A DNA stretch of 64,000 nucleotides from the NCBI RefSeq assembly GCF_026626625.1, contig NZ_JAPNJY010000032.1, positions 10,976-74,975 of the forward strand. The letters are read 5' to 3'. This DNA is from Corallococcus sp. BB11-1. Its GTDB lineage: Bacteria; Myxococcota; Myxococcia; Myxococcales; Myxococcaceae. Below the pieces are notes generated by a model, which did no database searches, was not told where the DNA came from, and saw only the letters and a program-made list of their open reading frames with translations. The position numbers were made by a program, and so were the translations under genes. This document shows, piece by piece, positions 46,910-55,760 of this stretch. Every line of letters starts with the position of its first letter. Within the stretch, counting starts at the first letter, position 1.

Positions 46910-47917
46910 TCACGGCGCCGGGCCGGTGGCGGTGGCCAGGGGCGCGCGGATGCGCTGGGAGAAGTCGTCCTGCCCCTGCGCCGCCAGGGCGCGCGCGTTG
47001 ATGTGGTAGCGCGCGCGGACCTGCTCCAGCGGCACGTCCGTGTCGATGATGCCCAGCTCGTACGCGAGCGCGTCCGCGAACGCGGGCATCAGCGTGCGGT
47101 GATCATACGGCACGTCCTTCGTGGCCACCTTCTCGAAGTGGCGCACCAGGTTGGTGGTGCAGTTGCTGGTGAGCGTGTCGTAGAACTCCGGCGCCGCGTG
47201 CAGCCCGTTCATCCGCTGCACCATGTCCAGGAAGAACGCGGTGATGCGCTCCTTCGACGCCTGCACCGGGTACAGGTACACGTCGTCGTGGCGGAAGTTG
47301 GAGCGCAGTTGGATGAGGTCCCGCTCGTCGCCCACGACGTAGGCCAGCTCGAAGCGGCGGAACAGGCCACCCACCGCGGAGAACGTCTCCCCCTTCTCCC
47401 GGCGCACCTCCACGGAGAACACCACGTGGCGGCCGTCCTGGAAGCTGAAGGACACCATGGTGTGCGCCGCACCGTAGAACCCGGAGAAGGGCTCCACGAT
47501 GAACGACGCCCCCGTGAGCGCCTCCGTGTCGTAGGTGGCCGTGTACCAGGCGGGGTCCCAGTCCGTGGTGCTGCGGTAGCGGAAGTCGCGCACCTCGTGG
47601 AGCGTCACCCGCGAGCCCGCGATTTCCGCCCACGGCGCCCGCGCCAGGTCCGGGGCCCAGTCCCGCGTGTTGGAGGGCTGCTCCATGCGCACCCAGCCAT
47701 ACACGGCCGCGCAGCCCGCCAGCACCACCGCCACGCCCCAGCGCCGCGAACGCCACCACCAGGCGGCCACCCCAGCGCCCACCAGGGCCACGGCCAGGAG
47801 GGCCCGGAGCGGGTGGGCCCCTTCCGGTCCCGCCCCCGTGAGGGCCAGCGCCAGCGCGGCCCAGGCGCCTCCGACGAGGAGCAGGACACCGGCGATACCG
47901 TTCTTCATGAAGCGCAT
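46910..47917 (-). CDS. DUF4105-domain membrane protein
   Basis: Two N-terminal TM helices followed by a DUF4105-like domain; alternative starts at 47947 and 47908. Confidence 0.5.
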   Translation of the reverse strand: MRFMKNGIAGVLLLVGGAWAALALALTGAGPEGAHPLRALLAVALVGAGVAAWWWRSRRWGVAVVLAGCAAVYGWVRMEQPSNTRDWAPDLARAPWAEIAGSRVTLHEVRDFRYRSTTDWDPAWYTATYDTEALTGASFIVEPFSGFYGAAHTMVSFSFQDGRHVVFSVEVRREKGETFSAVGGLFRRFELAYVVGDERDLIQLRSNFRHDDVYLYPVQASKERITAFFLDMVQRMNGLHAAPEFYDTLTSNCTTNLVRHFEKVATKDVPYDHRTLMPAFADALAYELGIIDTDVPLEQVRARYHINARALAAQGQDDFSQRIRAPLATATGPAP

Positions 47918-48097
47918 GTGGCCGAGTATCCGTGCCACCCACCCCATGTGTCACGGCCCCGGATTCCGGGCGGGCCCCCGGCGGGCGGGCGGGCACGCCC
48001 CCCCTCCCCGGGAGGTCGTGTGAAACATGACCTCGCCCGACCTTGACCGCTTTTCCCCGGGTGTGCGACGAAAGGGGTCCCCTGGAGGAGTCACCCC

Positions 48098-48319
48098 ATG
48101 AGCGACGAGCGCGAAGACACGACCGTTTACAAGGTCGTCGTGAACCACGAAGAGCAGTACTCCATCTGGCCGGCCGACCGCGAGAACGCGCTGGGCTGGA
48201 AGGACGCCGGCAAGCAGGGCCTCAAGGCCGAGTGCCTGGAGTACATCAAGGAGGTCTGGACGGACATGCGTCCGCTGAGCCTCCGCAAGAAGATGGAAGA
48301 AGCGGCCCGCAAGAACTGA
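48098..48319 (+). CDS. MbtH-like protein
   Basis: 73 aa; signature [37 protein letters not shown] with the three conserved Trp. Confidence 0.85.
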   Translation: MSDEREDTTVYKVVVNHEEQYSIWPADRENALGWKDAGKQGLKAECLEYIKEVWTDMRPLSLRKKMEEAARKN

Positions 48320-48393
48320 AGGCCGCCCCTGTCCGACCGCCGTACTCCCTCCCCGTTGTGTCGGGGAGGGTGGGCCGTCCCTCTGTCTGAAGC

Positions 48394-49080
48394 CTAGAGG
48401 TCCGGCGGAGGCCTGACGCCCAGGTGGCAGGCGCGCAGGGCAAGCTGGGTGCGATTCTCCGCCCCGAGTTTGCGGTAGAGCTGCGTGACGTGTGACTTCA
48501 CGGTGCGTTCGGCGATCTGCAGGTGCGCGGCGATCTTCAGGTTGTCCGCGCCTCCCGCCACGTACGCGAGCACCTCGCGCTCCCGCTGCGTGAGCAGCAG
48601 CAGCACGCTCGCCGTGGGTGACGTCACCGGCGGATGCTCGAAGTCATTGCGCAGCAGTTGCACGGGGAAGAGGCGCTCGCCCCTCACCAGCGACTGGACC
48701 GCGGAAGAGACGGCATTGACGCCCAGACCCGCGCGGAAGAGGTAGCCCGAGGCCCCCTCGTCGAAGCACTGGGAGATGACCTCCGGCGTGCTCACCGCGG
48801 ACAGGAGCAGCATGCGGACTTCCAGTCTGCGCTTGCGGGCTTCGCGCAGCAGGTTGAGCCCTTCCGTCACGGAGCAGCCGATGGCGGCTTCGCCATCACT
48901 CTCCACGTCCAGAATGGCCACCTGCGGCGGATCCGTACCAAGCCCGTCCAGGAAGCCGCGCACGTCGCGCGTCACCGAAGTGGAATGACCCTCACCTCGA
49001 AGCCCATCGGAAAGGCCCTGCCAGGCCGCCCAAGGTCCTTCGAGAATCGAAATACGAACTGCGGATTGATTCGCTGCCAT
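48394..49080 (-). CDS. LuxR/FixJ-family regulator with atypical receiver-like domain
   Basis: C-terminal LuxR HTH (LTQREREVLAYVAGGADNLKIAAHLQIAERTVKSHVTQLYRKLG); N-terminal REC-like domain without clear consensus acidic pocket. Confidence 0.65.
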   Translation of the reverse strand: MAANQSAVRISILEGPWAAWQGLSDGLRGEGHSTSVTRDVRGFLDGLGTDPPQVAILDVESDGEAAIGCSVTEGLNLLREARKRRLEVRMLLLSAVSTPEVISQCFDEGASGYLFRAGLGVNAVSSAVQSLVRGERLFPVQLLRNDFEHPPVTSPTASVLLLLTQREREVLAYVAGGADNLKIAAHLQIAERTVKSHVTQLYRKLGAENRTQLALRACHLGVRPPPDL

Positions 49081-49561
49081 GCGATGGCCCCCCAGCCGTC
49101 GTGGCGAATTGCTTTCAAGACTACCTGTCGACTGCAACCTGCCCCGGAGTCGGTGGAACCGCGGCGGAACTTCCGCCAGTGCTGAGCGTGCGAGAACCGC
49201 GCTTCAACTCCATCCGGGGGTCTTGTCCGTGCTGCACTGCGGACTGCGCTTGCGACTGTCGAACGGGCCCCGTGGGGCCGTTCCTCCTTTTTCACTTCAG
49301 GCAATTCCAGCCAACCAAGACCCTAACACCATCCGCCGTCACATGCGAACCGGCTTTGTCGGGACTGTCAATTGCGCACGAGTTGAACCGAAATCCAGGG
49401 CCTCGTCCGTCAGGTCGTGATCGCTGTCCTCTCCGGGACAGGCCCTTGCGTCCACCATTTGATGTTTCGCGCGCTGTTTTGGCTCCGGGACGTTGGCGGA
49501 ACACATCGCGACGAGGACACGACCTGGACGCAGATGCGCGTATGCTGTGCGTCCCACGCGC

Positions 49562-50335
49562 ATGACTCCCTCCGCTCCCGCACCCCATGTCGACGTCGCC
49601 ACGCCTGAACGGGTGGCCCTCTCCCTGCCCGTGGCCGGCATCGGCTACCGCTGCCTGGCGTGGGCGGTGGACGCCAGTCTGCTGTTCTTCTTCTGGGTGG
49701 CGCTCTACTTCGTCGTCACGCTGCTCGTCTCCGACGTGCTGGGCGCGTTCCAGGCCCTGTCGGGGCTGGTGCAGACGCTGCTGGCGGTGGGCCTCTTCGC
49801 CACGCAATGGCTGTATTGGACGCTGGCGGAGGTCTTCTTCCATGGACAGACACCGGGCAAACGCGCGCTGCGGATCCGCGTGGTGCGCGAGGATGGCTCG
49901 CCGGTGGGCTTCTTTGAAAGCGCCGTGCGCAACCTGTGCCGGGCCGTGGACTTCCTGCCGGTGATGTATGCGACCGGGTGCATCACCATGCTGCTGGACG
50001 CGCGGCACCGCCGGCTGGGGGACCTGCTCGCGGGCACCGTGCTGGTGCGCGAGGAGGCCATCGACCTGGACAAGTACACGCAGGGCCCCGGGCCCGCCGG
50101 ACCCGCGCGGGAGCCCGCCTCCGTGCAGCGCCCGCTGGGCGCGGAGGACGTTGAGCTGGTGCTGGCCTTCCTGGCGCGCGCGCCCGGGCTGGAGAAGGAC
50201 GTGCGCCAGCGGCTGGGGGCGCGGCTGGTGGACCGGGTGGGCGCCGCGCTGACGGAGGAGGAGCGCGCGCGGGTGCTTGAGTCCCCCGAGGCCACGGAGG
50301 CCTTCCTGCGCCACCGCGCCCAGGCGGCCCACTGA
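49562..50335 (+). CDS. RDD-family membrane protein
   Basis: TM helices plus RDD-family motif (HGQTPGKRALRIRVVREDG); 1-bp spacer to the next gene. Confidence 0.65.
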   Translation: MTPSAPAPHVDVATPERVALSLPVAGIGYRCLAWAVDASLLFFFWVALYFVVTLLVSDVLGAFQALSGLVQTLLAVGLFATQWLYWTLAEVFFHGQTPGKRALRIRVVREDGSPVGFFESAVRNLCRAVDFLPVMYATGCITMLLDARHRRLGDLLAGTVLVREEAIDLDKYTQGPGPAGPAREPASVQRPLGAEDVELVLAFLARAPGLEKDVRQRLGARLVDRVGAALTEEERARVLESPEATEAFLRHRAQAAH

Positions 50336-50336
50336 C

Positions 50337-51347
50337 ATGGCCAGCCCCCTGCCCGCCTTCGTCTCCCGCCGCCGTCCGGACTGGGACGCGCTCCAGGCCC
50401 TGCTGACGCGCCAGCGCTCAGGCCGGCTGCGGCTGGAGGAGCTGCGGCGGTTGGACACGCTGTACCGGCGCGCGGCGGCGGACCTGGCGCAGGCGCAGAC
50501 GTTCTACCCGGGCACGGACGCGCACCGCTTCCTCAACCAGCTCTGCGGGCAGGCCTACGGCGCCATCTACCAGCCGCCCCGCGAGCGCTGGGCCTCCACG
50601 CGCGACTTCTTCCGGCGCGACTTCCCGGCCACCCTGCGCAGGGAGGCGCGCTTCGTGGGGGTGAGCGCGGGGCTGCTGGTGCTGGGGCTGGTGCTGGGCG
50701 CGCTGGTGGTGCTGCTGGAGCCGCGCGGCGCGGAGCTGCTGGTGCCGGAGGGCGTGCGGCGCTACGTGGCGCAGGGGCGCATGTGGACGGACGACCTGTT
50801 GTCGGTGGCGCCGCCCAACGCGGTGGCCTCCGGCATCGCGACCAACAACCTCACCGTCACGCTGTTCGCGTTCGCGTCCGGCATCCTGCTGGGCGTGGGG
50901 CCCGTCTTCACGCTCGTGAACAACGGGGTGCTCATTGGCGCGGTGGGCGCGCTGTGCTTCCGCGAGGGCATGGCGGTGGGCTTCCTGGACTTCATCGCCG
51001 CGCACGGGCCCGTGGAGCTGTCCATCATCGTCATCTCCGGCGGAGCGGGCCTGATGGTGGGCCAGGCGCTCATCGACCCGGGAGAGCTGCCGCGCACGCA
51101 GGCGCTCCAGATGCGGGGGCGCGAGGCGGTGAAGCTGGTGGTGGGCTGCGCGCCCTTCCTCGCCGGCATCGGCGTGGTGGAGGGCTTCATCTCCCCGGGC
51201 GACTTCTTCCCCACCTGGGCCAAGGTGGGGCTGGGCCTCTCACTGGGAGCGCTCTTCTGGCTCTACCTGCTGCGCGCGGGCAGGACGGACGTGGGGGCCG
51301 CGCGCGTGGACGTGCCCGACGACAGCGCCTCCAGCCGCTTGCGCTGA
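50337..51347 (+). CDS. SpoIIM/DUF95-family membrane protein
   Basis: Multiple TM helices with DUF95-like arrangement; operonic with the RDD gene. Confidence 0.55.
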   Translation: MASPLPAFVSRRRPDWDALQALLTRQRSGRLRLEELRRLDTLYRRAAADLAQAQTFYPGTDAHRFLNQLCGQAYGAIYQPPRERWASTRDFFRRDFPATLRREARFVGVSAGLLVLGLVLGALVVLLEPRGAELLVPEGVRRYVAQGRMWTDDLLSVAPPNAVASGIATNNLTVTLFAFASGILLGVGPVFTLVNNGVLIGAVGALCFREGMAVGFLDFIAAHGPVELSIIVISGGAGLMVGQALIDPGELPRTQALQMRGREAVKLVVGCAPFLAGIGVVEGFISPGDFFPTWAKVGLGLSLGALFWLYLLRAGRTDVGAARVDVPDDSASSRLR

Positions 51348-51778
51348 CGGTGCTTGAGGATGCGCTCGTAGGCCGCGTTGAGCTCCCGCATCTGCTCCGC
51401 GGAGCCGCCCCGGTCCGGGTGCCGCTCCAGGGCCAGCGCGTGGAAGCGCGCGCGCACCACGTCCGGCGGATCCAACGGCGAGACGCCCATCGTCTGGTAC
51501 GGGCACTGCTCCTGGACGGCGCTGAGCCACTTGTCCAGGCGGTCCTTCACCTCCACGAAGCGCGCGTCCGCGTCCGCGGTGTCCTTCACCGGGTGCGTGC
51601 GCATCTTCGCGTCCGCGCGGAACACCTCGCTGTAGGTGCTGGACACCCAGCGGTGGCATGAGCCGCACCGGAAGTACTTCACCCGGTTGCCCGGCTGAAG
51701 GGTCATCATGACGCCGCAGTGGGTGCACTCCACTTCGACATTCTCCAGCGTCTGCCAGCTCGCGACCGCCGCACCCAT
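51263..51778 (-). CDS. zinc-ribbon + C-terminal J-domain (DnaJ-like) protein
   Basis: CTHCG..CGSCHRW zinc ribbon; J-domain core (RARFHALALERHPDRGGS..YERI). This is only the 3' part of the 722-aa ORF 51263..53431, whose remainder is antisense to three well-supported plus-strand genes. Confidence 0.55.
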   Translation of the reverse strand: MGAAVASWQTLENVEVECTHCGVMMTLQPGNRVKYFRCGSCHRWVSSTYSEVFRADAKMRTHPVKDTADADARFVEVKDRLDKWLSAVQEQCPYQTMGVSPLDPPDVVRARFHALALERHPDRGGSAEQMRELNAAYERILKHRQRKRLEALSSGTSTRAAPTSVLPARSR

Positions 51779-51925
51779 GATGTCTTCGCTCTCCGTTTCG
51801 CAACACGCCTGTAGCAGCGGCAACCTCCCACGTCCGGCGATCCCGTCAAGAAAATGTCGCCGCCGACCCAGGGGGGGGGCGCCGCCGCGCTGCCGGGATG
51901 TCGGGATTCGGGTAGAACACGGGCC

Positions 51926-52510
51926 ATGCGTCCGCTCCTCGCCGCCGCCGCCCTGCTGCTGCTGCCCCCCGTCGCGCATGCCCAGGCCCCGTCCCGGGCG
52001 CCCCTGAAACAGGGCTCGGAGAAGCAAGGCTCGGAGAAGCAGGGCGTGGAGAAGCCCGCGTCCGCCCGGCCCGCTCCGGCGTCCGCGAACGCGAGCCCCG
52101 CCGACGCCGCCCTCCTGCGGGGACTGCTGTGGGCCGCGGAGCCGGCGCCGGAGGAGCTCAGGACGCTCGCCATCGAGGACTTGGCGCTCCTGGGAGATGC
52201 GCGCGCCCTGGATCCGCTGGCCGCGCTCATCTGGGACCCCAACCCCCGCATCCAGCAGGCGGCGCTGCGCGCGGTGGCGCTCTTCCAGCACCGCCGCGCG
52301 GAGGAGATCCTGGGCAACGTCGTGCGCCACCCGCGCCTGCCGGATGCGCTGAAGATCCAGGCGCTGGGGGGACTGCTCTACCAGCGCACCCCCACCGCCC
52401 GGCGCGCCGTGCAGGACGTGGCCGCCGACAGCCGCGTGGGCTACGCGGTGCAGAACGCCGCGCGCTCCGTGGCGTCGCAGTGGGAAGCCCCCGCGGCCGC
52501 GACGCCCTGA
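51926..52510 (+). CDS. secreted HEAT-repeat protein
   Basis: Signal peptide MRPLLAAAALLLLPPVAHA; GSEKQ mini-repeats; HEAT-like LGDARALDPLAALIWDPNPRIQQAALRAVALF. Confidence 0.55.
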   Translation: MRPLLAAAALLLLPPVAHAQAPSRAPLKQGSEKQGSEKQGVEKPASARPAPASANASPADAALLRGLLWAAEPAPEELRTLAIEDLALLGDARALDPLAALIWDPNPRIQQAALRAVALFQHRRAEEILGNVVRHPRLPDALKIQALGGLLYQRTPTARRAVQDVAADSRVGYAVQNAARSVASQWEAPAAATP

Positions 52511-52591
52511 GACACGCCTGCCTGCTCGCCTGCCCTCCCACGGGCGGGCCGATTCCTGGAGTGCGCGCGTGTATGGGTTAGACTGGCGCGC

Positions 52592-53119
52592 ATGAAGATC
52601 ACCCCGCTCGACATCCGGCAGAAGCGCTTCGAGACGGTGATGCGCGGCTTCGCGCGTCCCGAAGTGAGCGCGTACCTGGAATTGATTGCCGGTGAGTTCG
52701 AGGAGGTGGTGAAGGAGAACATCGCGCTCAAGGAGGAGCTGAAGCGCACGCAACACAAGCTCGAGCAGCACCAGGAGCGCGAGCGCACCCTCCAGGAGAC
52801 GATGGTCACCGCGCAGCGCATCAGCGAGGACCTGAAGGACGCCGCGAAGAAGGAAGCGGAGATCGTCATCGCGGACGCGGAGCACCAGGCGGAGAAGATC
52901 GTCCACGGTGCCCACCAGCGGCTGGTGCAGGTGGTGGAGGACATCAACGAGCTCAAGCGCCAGCGCACCCAGTTCGAATCCCAGGTGCGCTCCGTGGTGG
53001 AGGCCCACCGCAAGCTGCTGGAGACGTTCGCCGCGCCCTCCTTCGCGGACCGCGACTACGCGCGCGTCGAGGACAACGTCGCGTTCCTGACCCAGAAGAA
53101 GGCCACCTCCAACGACTAG
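52592..53119 (+). CDS. divIVA: DivIVA-domain protein
   Basis: N-terminal MKITPLDIRQKRFETVMRGFARPEV DivIVA signature followed by a coiled coil. Confidence 0.8.
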   Translation: MKITPLDIRQKRFETVMRGFARPEVSAYLELIAGEFEEVVKENIALKEELKRTQHKLEQHQERERTLQETMVTAQRISEDLKDAAKKEAEIVIADAEHQAEKIVHGAHQRLVQVVEDINELKRQRTQFESQVRSVVEAHRKLLETFAAPSFADRDYARVEDNVAFLTQKKATSND

Positions 53120-53125
53120 CCCTCC

Positions 53126-53425
53126 GTGACCGCCCCCTGGTTGAAAACCATACCGGAGGGCGTGGAGCTGACGGTGCTCGTCCAACCCCGTGCATCGCGC
53201 ACGAAGGTGGTGGGCGAACACGACGGCCAGTTGAAGATCCAGCTCGCGGCCCCCCCGGTGGATGGCGAAGCAAATGCCGCCCTGTTGGAATTCATCGCCA
53301 AGAAGCTGGGTGTGCCCAAGCGGCAGGTGACCCTCACGGCCGGTGACACGTCGCGCCGTAAGCGATTGAAGGTGCAGGGGGTTGATGCGCCGGCGGTGGA
53401 GGCTGTTATCTCTGGTGGACCGTGA
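53126..53425 (+). CDS. YggU/DUF167-family protein
   Basis: 99 aa with the DUF167 pattern (VQPRASR..KIQLAAPPVDGEANAALLEFIAKKLGV); GTG start; conserved divIVA-proximal location. Confidence 0.65.
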   Translation: MTAPWLKTIPEGVELTVLVQPRASRTKVVGEHDGQLKIQLAAPPVDGEANAALLEFIAKKLGVPKRQVTLTAGDTSRRKRLKVQGVDAPAVEAVISGGP

Positions 53426-53433
53426 GGCCACGC

Positions 53434-54708
53434 ATGCTCCGCCTGTTCGCTGTCCTGATGATGCTGCTGGCCTCGCCCCAGGCGCTCGCGCAAGGAGAGG
53501 GTCCGCGCGGAATCCACACCCAGGAGGCCGTCGTCACCGACGCCGCGCTCGTGCCCCATGCCCGGCCCGCGCTGGCCACCGGGGAGCTGCGCACGAAGCG
53601 CTTCGTCATCGTGCACACGGAGAAGGCGGCGGGCGCGGCCCGGGCGCTGGCCCAGCAGATTGAGGGCGTGCGGGACGGCTTCGGCGCGATGCTCGGGCGC
53701 GACTGGCCGGGCACCACGGAGATCCGCCTGGGCGTGGGCCGCCAGGAGTTCGAGGCCCTGGCCCTCCCCGGCGGAAAGCCCCCGGGCTGGGCGGTGGCGC
53801 TCGCCTACCCCGGCCATCAAATCATCCTCCTGGACGCGCTCAGCCTGAGCGACACGCAGGGCCCCACCACGCTGCGGCACGAGCTGGCGCACGTGGCGCT
53901 GGGGCAACTGGCGAAGGAGTGGCCCCGCTGGTTCCAGGAGGGCGTGGCGCAGAACCTCACCGACGAGCGCTACTCCGTCGCCCACTACACCGCCCTCTTC
54001 CGCGCCGTGACGCAGGAGCGCGTCTTCCACTTCGAGGACCTGGCCGAGGACTGGCCGGACGTGCCCGCGGACGTGGAGATCGCCTACGCGCAGAGCGCCG
54101 CCTTCGTGGCCTACCTCACCGGGAAGCACGGCCCCCAGGCCATGGGCCTGCTGGTGGACGGCGTGCGCGCGGGTGAGCCCTTCGAGCAGGCCTTCGGCAA
54201 GGCCTTCCGCACGTCGCTGCTGCTGGAGGAGCAGGACTGGCGTGAAGGCCTGGCGGCCCGGTACGGCTGGCTGCCGCTCACCACCAGCTCCGCGCTCCTG
54301 TGGCTGGCCGCCTCCGCCCTGTGCGTGGCCGCCTTCGCGCGCCGGATGTGGCAGAAGTCCGCGCGGATGACGGAGCTGGCCGCGGAGGACGCCGCCGAGG
54401 ACGCCGCGCTGCGCCTGCTCGCCGCCGCCCGCGCCGCCGGGCCGGTGTCCCCGGACGGCAGCGAGCCCGGCTCCCCCTCCGCCCTCACCTGGCCGGAGTG
54501 GCCCGGCGCCACGCCCAACCCGGCCGCCCCCTCCTCCCGCCCCGAAGCCCTGGAAGGTGCCCCGGAGGCGCTGGAGTCCAGCACCGGCGCGCCGGAGGTG
54601 TCCGAGTCCTTCGAACCCGGCGACGAGGAGCCGGAGTCCGCCAGCGGCGAGCAGGAAGTGGACGCCGAGCACCTGGCAGGCCGCCCCCCCAAGCCGACGC
54701 TCCACTGA
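53434..54708 (+). CDS. membrane-anchored peptidase-MA-like protein (HExxH), secreted domain + TM + acidic tail
   Basis: Signal peptide; HELAHV zinc motif; TM helix LLWLAASALCVAAF; low-complexity acidic/proline C-terminus. Confidence 0.5.
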   Translation: MLRLFAVLMMLLASPQALAQGEGPRGIHTQEAVVTDAALVPHARPALATGELRTKRFVIVHTEKAAGAARALAQQIEGVRDGFGAMLGRDWPGTTEIRLGVGRQEFEALALPGGKPPGWAVALAYPGHQIILLDALSLSDTQGPTTLRHELAHVALGQLAKEWPRWFQEGVAQNLTDERYSVAHYTALFRAVTQERVFHFEDLAEDWPDVPADVEIAYAQSAAFVAYLTGKHGPQAMGLLVDGVRAGEPFEQAFGKAFRTSLLLEEQDWREGLAARYGWLPLTTSSALLWLAASALCVAAFARRMWQKSARMTELAAEDAAEDAALRLLAAARAAGPVSPDGSEPGSPSALTWPEWPGATPNPAAPSSRPEALEGAPEALESSTGAPEVSESFEPGDEEPESASGEQEVDAEHLAGRPPKPTLH

Positions 54709-54877
54709 CGGGCGCCCCCCTGCCCAGGCTGGGAAGGAACTTCCCCTGGCCCCCCTGCTTTCAACACCCGCCCCGTAGGATTTACGCCCTCGGGCCTCCC
54801 TTCAGGGCAGGGGCATTGCCCAAGTGGCTGGATTCATTGGCCACTGGCCCACGTCTGGCGTTGGCAAAGCGCTTGCT

Positions 54878-55435
54878 ATGTCTCCGTTCGCGATGCGGAC
54901 GACAACGGACATGGCGGCGGAGCGGGGACGGAAGAAGGCCGGAGCAGCCCGGGTCTTCAGCAGGCAGCCGGAGCGCATCGCGGCGTTGTGGCGCCGGATG
55001 CGGCTGGCGGCGCACGAGGGCCAGGGCGTGCCGGGCCCCAGCCTGCTGGACGGACTGGTGGAGCCCTTCGTCCGGGAGCTGGGGCTGACGCTGGAGGGCG
55101 CGGAGACGAGCCCCTGGAGTCGCACCCGCGCGGTGCTGCGCCTGGCGCCGGAGCGCGGCGCGCGGGCCCTGCACGACGAGTTCGCACTGCTGCGGCGGTG
55201 CCTGGTGGATGCCCTGGAAGTCCTGGGCGGTGGCGACGCGGAGCGCCTGCGCATCAACCGTGCCCTGGACGAGGCCGTGGACAGCGCGGTGGCGCTGCTG
55301 CAGCGGCTGGCGGACCCCAAGGCGGACGGTCCGCGGGTGCCCTTCGGTGGGTTGGTGGTGGAGTACTTCGAGCGGCCGTCCCACGCGAAGCGGGCCCCGG
55401 TGGGCCGTCGCGACGAGCGGTCCGCCATGCACTGA
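54878..55435 (+). CDS. hypothetical protein
   Basis: ORF with coding-like composition and an alpha-helical Leu/Arg-rich sequence; start uncertain (ATG at 54878, 54893 or 54911). Confidence 0.3.
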   Translation: MSPFAMRTTTDMAAERGRKKAGAARVFSRQPERIAALWRRMRLAAHEGQGVPGPSLLDGLVEPFVRELGLTLEGAETSPWSRTRAVLRLAPERGARALHDEFALLRRCLVDALEVLGGGDAERLRINRALDEAVDSAVALLQRLADPKADGPRVPFGGLVVEYFERPSHAKRAPVGRRDERSAMH

Positions 55436-55760
55436 GCCGAAGCGGGCTCTGACTTTTTGCAGCAACGGTTTGCCGATCCGTCCGGCTTGACGCTTCTCCC
55501 CACAAGGGAGGGTCCGGGGGCTGGCGGGAGGGTGCGCTGTCGTGGATGGGGGTCCGCGACGCGCCTTGGGGAGCGTGTTCCTGCTCGGGGGAGCGGTGAG
55601 CGCGCACACAGGTTCGAACGCCGGAACGCGTGGATGGGGGTCCGCGCGCTCCGCCGGTCGGACGGATCGGCATGTTTTGTCGGGGGCAGTGGGACGGGGC
55701 AGACGCGGGAGGGCGCCTACGGGGGTGGGCGCTCTCCCGCATTTTTTTTGTCCGGAAGGC

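Noticed and set aside
49292-50458. 388-aa minus-strand ORF antisense to the RDD-family gene
   Set aside because: The plus-strand frame has TM helices and the RDD motif. The antisense translation is R/H/Q-rich low complexity.
51779-53431. N-terminal 550 aa of the 722-aa minus-strand ORF 51263..53431
   Set aside because: Antisense to three well-supported plus-strand genes (HEAT protein, DivIVA, YggU). Only the C-terminal 171 codons (zinc ribbon + J domain) are retained as a gene.
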